From: an uncultured virus (IMG/VR IMGVR_UViG_3300047564_005685)
Lineage: Duplodnaviria; Heunggongvirae; Uroviricota; Caudoviricetes
Direction: 5' to 3' (one strand)
Virus record (IMG/VR): IMGVR_UViG_3300047564_005685
DNA length: 25,778 nt
This document shows, piece by piece, positions 21,673 through 25,778 of the stretch. The notes below the pieces were generated by a model. It did no database searches. It was not told where the DNA came from and was given only the letters and a program-made list of their open reading frames with translations. How positions within the stretch are numbered: position 1 is the first letter of the stretch; each line of letters starts with the position of its first letter. The translations under genes and the position numbers were made by a program.

Positions 21673-23601
21673 ATGACCACGCAGCAGAAGCTCAATAATC
21701 CTTACTACCAGAAAGCCGCAGGGGCGCTGGGGATCTCGAATTTCAACAGCGAGAATGACGTTCGCGCCGTTGATGCGGCGATGCAGAGAGCTGGGATCAA
21801 AAGCCTTGACAGTGATAAGGATGTCGCGCAACTGACACGAGTCCAGCCCCAGCCCCAGCCCCAGCAGTCGACGCCAGCCCAGACAGCAGTTGATAACAAC
21901 CAGCAGGCAAGCGCGCCTTACGTTCCTGCAACGGTTTCAGGCCAGTATGCGCAAGCTGGCAACAATCAGCTCGCAACACTTGCTGATCAGTATGGCGATA
22001 ATCCGACAATCGCGAATCAGATTGTAGGGGCGCAGGTTGACAGCGCTGTCGGATCTGTGCGCACGGGGCAGGCGATTGCCTACAACGACGCGATGAATCA
22101 GAGTACCGCAAACATGATTAGCGGGCTCAAGCAGCAAGACTTTGGTTACAACACGCAGATTGCCGCGCAACAGGGGCAGATTCAGGAAAGGCTGAGCACG
22201 GTTAATAATCAAGCGGCACTTGAAAATACGCGCGAACAAACACGAAGCGCAGAGGCGGTCGCGGGAATCACCACGCAGGGCGCAATTTCGCTACAGCAAA
22301 CAGCAAACCAGGGGTCGCTCGCAAATATTCAGGCTCAGAGCCAGGGCGCGCAAGATCTGCAGCGAGTAACCAATCAGGGTGCACTTGCAAATATTGAAGC
22401 GCAGAATCGGGGCTTAATTGAGTCAACTGGGCTTCAGACACGAAGCGCAGAGAATATTGCGAATACTCAACGGCAAAGCGCCTATGACGTTCAAGGACTC
22501 GTAAACCAGGGCTCACTCCAAAACATCGAGGCCCAGAATCGGGGGGCATTCGATGTCACTGGACTTCAGACACGAAGCGCAGAGAATATTGCGAATACTC
22601 AACGGCAGGGAGCCGTGGAAGTCCAAAGTCTTGTAAATCAAGGCGCTTTCGCGAACATCCAAGAGCAGAATCGAGGCGCTGTTGAGGTTACAGGCCTGCA
22701 GACGCGGAGTGCAGAGAATATTGCAGGCATTCAGCAACGTGGCGCATACGATCTCCAGGGTTTAGTCAATCAGGGAAGCTTGGCCAACATCCAAGCGCAG
22801 AATCAGGGTGCAGTTGACGTCGCTGGACTCCAGACAAGAAGCGCCGAGAATATTGCGAACATTCAGCAGGCCGGTGCCTACGGCCTGCAAAACTTAGTCA
22901 ACCAGGGCCAGATTGGGCTTACAAGGGCACAAGGAGAAGAGCAGCGACTCGGTTACATTGCGGAAGGGCAGCAGAATCGCTACTTAGCGGAAACCCAGGG
23001 CGAGCAACAACGTCTAGGCATTACGACACAGGGTGCGCAGGATCGCGCTCTTGCAGCAACCCAAGGCGAACAGTCCCGCCTGGGATATGTCACACAAGGC
23101 GAGCAGCAGCGCCTTGGCATTTCCGCTCAAGGCACCGAAGATCGTGCCCTGTCCCGCACACAGGGTGAGCAGCAGCGACTGAGTATATCCGCGCAGGGCG
23201 AGCAAGATCGACAGAGTATCGCAACCCAGGGCTATCAAAGCAGGCTTGGCTATGAGACGCAGGGCCAGCAACAGCGCCTAGGGATCTCCGCGCAGGGCGT
23301 CGAAGATCGATCCCTGGCGAGGACCCAGGGCGAACAGTCTCGCTTGGGATACGTCACCCAGGGCGAGCAGCAGCGACTCAGTATCGGCTCCCAGGGCGAA
23401 CAAGACCGACTGAACATTTCAGCGCAGGGTGTCGAGAACAGGGCGGGAATCCGCGAAACTGGCGAGCAAACGCGCTTGGGATACGTCACCCAAGGCGAGC
23501 AGGAAAGACTGAACGAGCAGGAAAGGACCAGCCAGCTGCTGCGTGCTCGTGCCGACGCCCGGGGCCAGGTGGCAAGAGTGGGAGCGAGGTTCTTTGGGTG
23601 A
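21673..23601 (+). CDS. Gln-rich hendecad-repeat protein, 642 aa (DNA-ejection tube or tape-measure-like)
   Basis: 44-aa (4x11) repeats followed by 11-aa QGEQxRLGxxx repeats. Confidence 0.85.
   Translation: MTTQQKLNNPYYQKAAGALGISNFNSENDVRAVDAAMQRAGIKSLDSDKDVAQLTRVQPQPQPQQSTPAQTAVDNNQQASAPYVPATVSGQYAQAGNNQLATLADQYGDNPTIANQIVGAQVDSAVGSVRTGQAIAYNDAMNQSTANMISGLKQQDFGYNTQIAAQQGQIQERLSTVNNQAALENTREQTRSAEAVAGITTQGAISLQQTANQGSLANIQAQSQGAQDLQRVTNQGALANIEAQNRGLIESTGLQTRSAENIANTQRQSAYDVQGLVNQGSLQNIEAQNRGAFDVTGLQTRSAENIANTQRQGAVEVQSLVNQGAFANIQEQNRGAVEVTGLQTRSAENIAGIQQRGAYDLQGLVNQGSLANIQAQNQGAVDVAGLQTRSAENIANIQQAGAYGLQNLVNQGQIGLTRAQGEEQRLGYIAEGQQNRYLAETQGEQQRLGITTQGAQDRALAATQGEQSRLGYVTQGEQQRLGISAQGTEDRALSRTQGEQQRLSISAQGEQDRQSIATQGYQSRLGYETQGQQQRLGISAQGVEDRSLARTQGEQSRLGYVTQGEQQRLSIGSQGEQDRLNISAQGVENRAGIRETGEQTRLGYVTQGEQERLNEQERTSQLLRARADARGQVARVGARFFG
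22195..23520 (+). repeat. intragenic tandem repeats (132-bp and 33-bp periods)
   Basis: CTTCAGACACGAAGCGCAGAGAATATTGCGAATACTCAACGGCA occurs at 22432 and 22564 (132 bp apart); later CAGGGCGAGCAG-like units recur every 33 bp. Confidence 0.9.
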
Positions 23602-24110
23602 TGGCAGTCATTGAAGAGGGCCCGATCCAGCTCTTTCTTGCCGCGTTGGACAGCGACAAGCGAGAGGGCTTCCTGGACTACGTTCAGCACACGTATTCCG
23701 TGTACGAGATCTGGCTGTACGCCGGAGTGCTGGGCTACAAGGATAGCTTCACGGCACTCGAAAAATGGGTCCGCAAGAATTACAGCAAGCTGAATCGCCG
23801 CGAGCTCTTGCTGACTGAGATCAGCAAACTGGAGCAGGACATTGCGTTTCTTCGAGAGCACGTCCAGCTGGACCTGGTCAAGCCAGCCGATGCGGCGACA
23901 AAGATCGCCCATCTGTCCAAGGAGCTGCGTGGTCACCTGACCGAGGTGGAGCGAATGACACGCTCCACGGATCGGCGCGGCCTGGTTCTGTCCGGTGCCG
24001 ATGCGGTGATGCGGCAGCTCAGGAGCATTTTCCGCGGCAACGAGGAGGTCATCCCTGCCCTGGAAGCTGCCTTCGAATCGGTCTGGGCCCAGCTTGAGGG
24101 AGAAAAGTAG
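23601..24110 (+). CDS. putative terminase small subunit, 169 aa
   Basis: Directly upstream of terL; all-helical, appropriate size; positional inference only. Confidence 0.5.
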   Translation: MAVIEEGPIQLFLAALDSDKREGFLDYVQHTYSVYEIWLYAGVLGYKDSFTALEKWVRKNYSKLNRRELLLTEISKLEQDIAFLREHVQLDLVKPADAATKIAHLSKELRGHLTEVERMTRSTDRRGLVLSGADAVMRQLRSIFRGNEEVIPALEAAFESVWAQLEGEK

Positions 24111-24154
24111 GGAAAAACGTCGAATCAGCCTGCGCGATTCGGTAGATTGGCGAC

Positions 24155-25711
24155 ATGGCAGGCGCATCGATCGCCCTGGCACGCCAACGCACGGCGCGCC
24201 TTGCGGCTCAGGGAATCAAGAAACCGCCGGTCGAGGCCATCGTCGAGATCGCCGTCCCGGAGGTTATCCCGCCCCATGTGATTAAGGCGCGGGAGAACTT
24301 TGCGTACTTCTGCGAGCTGATGGGCAAGCCACCAGCTCGTCATATGAAGGAGTGGCACAAGCAATTGATCACGGGGCAGAGCAATGAGTATCTGCTGGAT
24401 ATTGCTGGTCCAAATACGTGCATTCTTGCTCCGCGGGGTAGCGCCAAGAGCACCTGCCTAGGGTTCTTGATAGCCTGGCTGATTGGAAGGCATGCAATCG
24501 AGAAACGATTGCTGCGCATTATGTATGTCTCATACAACGTTGACGTAGCACGGAATAAGAGCGCAGCAATCAAAAACACGATTCTCTCAAGTGAATACCA
24601 GGAGATTTTCCCGATGGTTCGCCTCTCAAAGGCGAAGACATCGGACGAGCTCTGGAGCATCGACTGGGAGCATGCAGGAATCGACGTCAGAGGTGAAGAC
24701 GCTTTCACATTGGCTTGCGCTGGCCTAAAGGGTACGATTACCTCGAAGCGCAGCAACCTGATCGTGGTAGATGACGCGATCAAATCCGCCGCTGCCATCG
24801 CGAACCCCGACATCCGCCGGGAAATGGAGGCGAACTGGACGAACGTTATCGTGCCAACGATGTTTCAGGGGGCGCGTGCGATCGCGTTGGGTACCCGTTT
24901 CCATTTCGACGACCTGTTCACCACGACATTCGTCGAGCGCAAGGGCTGGAAGGTCATCGTTCAGGCTGCGCTGCAGTACAGCGAGGACGGCAGGCCGCGT
25001 TCGTACTGGCAGGAGCAGTGGTCGCTGAAGTACCTACTAAAACTCCAGTCCGAAGACCGAGTCGCTTTCTCCTATCAGTACCTCAACCAGCCGATTCGGT
25101 CGACGGAGCTTGGAATCAGCCCCGAGCTGTTTGTCAGAGGCGAAGTCCCCGATGTCTACGACATGATGGGCGTCGGCATCGACCTGTCTGCTGGTATTGG
25201 CGAGCGGAATGACTGGACGGTCTTCACGCTTGGGGGTCGCGTCGATGACAAGTGCTACATCATCGATTACCGGCGCATGAAGTCGATGGGCAACATCGAA
25301 AAGGTCGAAGCACTCTGCGAACTGCTGATGGAGTGGAACCTGCTCGGTGTCAACGATGACGGCCAGTATTTCCCCACCAGCTCCCCCGTGACGATCTGGC
25401 CAGAAATCGTCGCCTATCAGAAGAGCTTCGAGGGCGACCTCAAGCGGATCTTGCTGAAGGAATGGGAGCTCTACAACTTGACGGTATCCCCCGTGAAAGG
25501 CTTCCGTGGTGACAAGCTGGCACGGCTGCGCGGGATGATGGGCCTGTTCCAGACCAAGCGGGTAATCTTCAACAAGTACCGCGACTTCGGGCAGATGATC
25601 GACGAGGTCGTCAACTTCGGCCATAGCCCACATGATGACTGCGCCGATAGTCTCAATTTGACCGTGCAGGGCCTGATGCGACGCGGATCCGCCCAAGTCG
25701 ACTGGGATTAA
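24155..25711 (+). CDS. terL: terminase large subunit
   Basis: Walker A APRGSAKST, Walker B LIVVDD, coupling motif GTRFHFDDL, nuclease acidic residues GIDLS, NDWTV and HDDCADS. Confidence 0.96.
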   Translation: MAGASIALARQRTARLAAQGIKKPPVEAIVEIAVPEVIPPHVIKARENFAYFCELMGKPPARHMKEWHKQLITGQSNEYLLDIAGPNTCILAPRGSAKSTCLGFLIAWLIGRHAIEKRLLRIMYVSYNVDVARNKSAAIKNTILSSEYQEIFPMVRLSKAKTSDELWSIDWEHAGIDVRGEDAFTLACAGLKGTITSKRSNLIVVDDAIKSAAAIANPDIRREMEANWTNVIVPTMFQGARAIALGTRFHFDDLFTTTFVERKGWKVIVQAALQYSEDGRPRSYWQEQWSLKYLLKLQSEDRVAFSYQYLNQPIRSTELGISPELFVRGEVPDVYDMMGVGIDLSAGIGERNDWTVFTLGGRVDDKCYIIDYRRMKSMGNIEKVEALCELLMEWNLLGVNDDGQYFPTSSPVTIWPEIVAYQKSFEGDLKRILLKEWELYNLTVSPVKGFRGDKLARLRGMMGLFQTKRVIFNKYRDFGQMIDEVVNFGHSPHDDCADSLNLTVQGLMRRGSAQVDWD

Positions 25712-25720
25712 CATAGAGCA

Positions 25721-25778
25721 ATGAGCCAGCCCAAGACCGAACGGTTTCGTCGCATCCTAGAGGCCGCCCGCAACCGGG
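25721..25778 (+). CDS. 5' end of next gene, probably portal (MSQPKTERFRRILEAARNR...)
   Basis: ATG 9 nt after the terL stop, open to the window end; identity inferred from position only. Confidence 0.45.
   Translation, partial: MSQPKTERFRRILEAARNR

Noticed and set aside
21844..21866. CAGCCC x3 microsatellite
   Set aside because: Simply encodes a QPQPQPQQ linker; in frame, with no sign of phase variation.
381..24885. HIP1 octamer GCGATCGC (381, 13459, 24878) as host evidence
   Set aside because: Only three copies noticed in 25.8 kb of GC-rich DNA; too few to call enrichment.

Overview
The window is part of a GC-rich tailed dsDNA phage (or prophage) genome; a picocyanobacterial host is plausible but is only an inference. 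Two divergent arms meet at a ~700-bp non-coding segment (13150-13840). The right arm (+, 13845-25778) is a late/virion module: a 1004-aa unknown protein, several Gly-zipper/Gln-rich putative internal-virion or ejection proteins, a 642-aa hendecad-repeat protein, a probable small terminase, a clear large terminase and the start of a probable portal gene. The left arm (-, 1-13065) is an early/accessory region of mostly small genes, many preceded by a shared terminator plus GTGCAC-core intergenic repeat. It encodes an SSB-like protein, Gp157, a HicA-like protein, a DUF932-like protein and a tiny secreted Cys peptide, and is interrupted by two + strand islands (a Dps gene and a 3-gene cassette). 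The standout is a complete ubiquitin-like conjugation operon (Ubl - JAB peptidase - E2-like - E1/ThiF, 3702-6762) resembling PRTRC/Prok-Ub systems but embedded in a phage early arm. All family calls come from reading motifs by eye; no searches were run.
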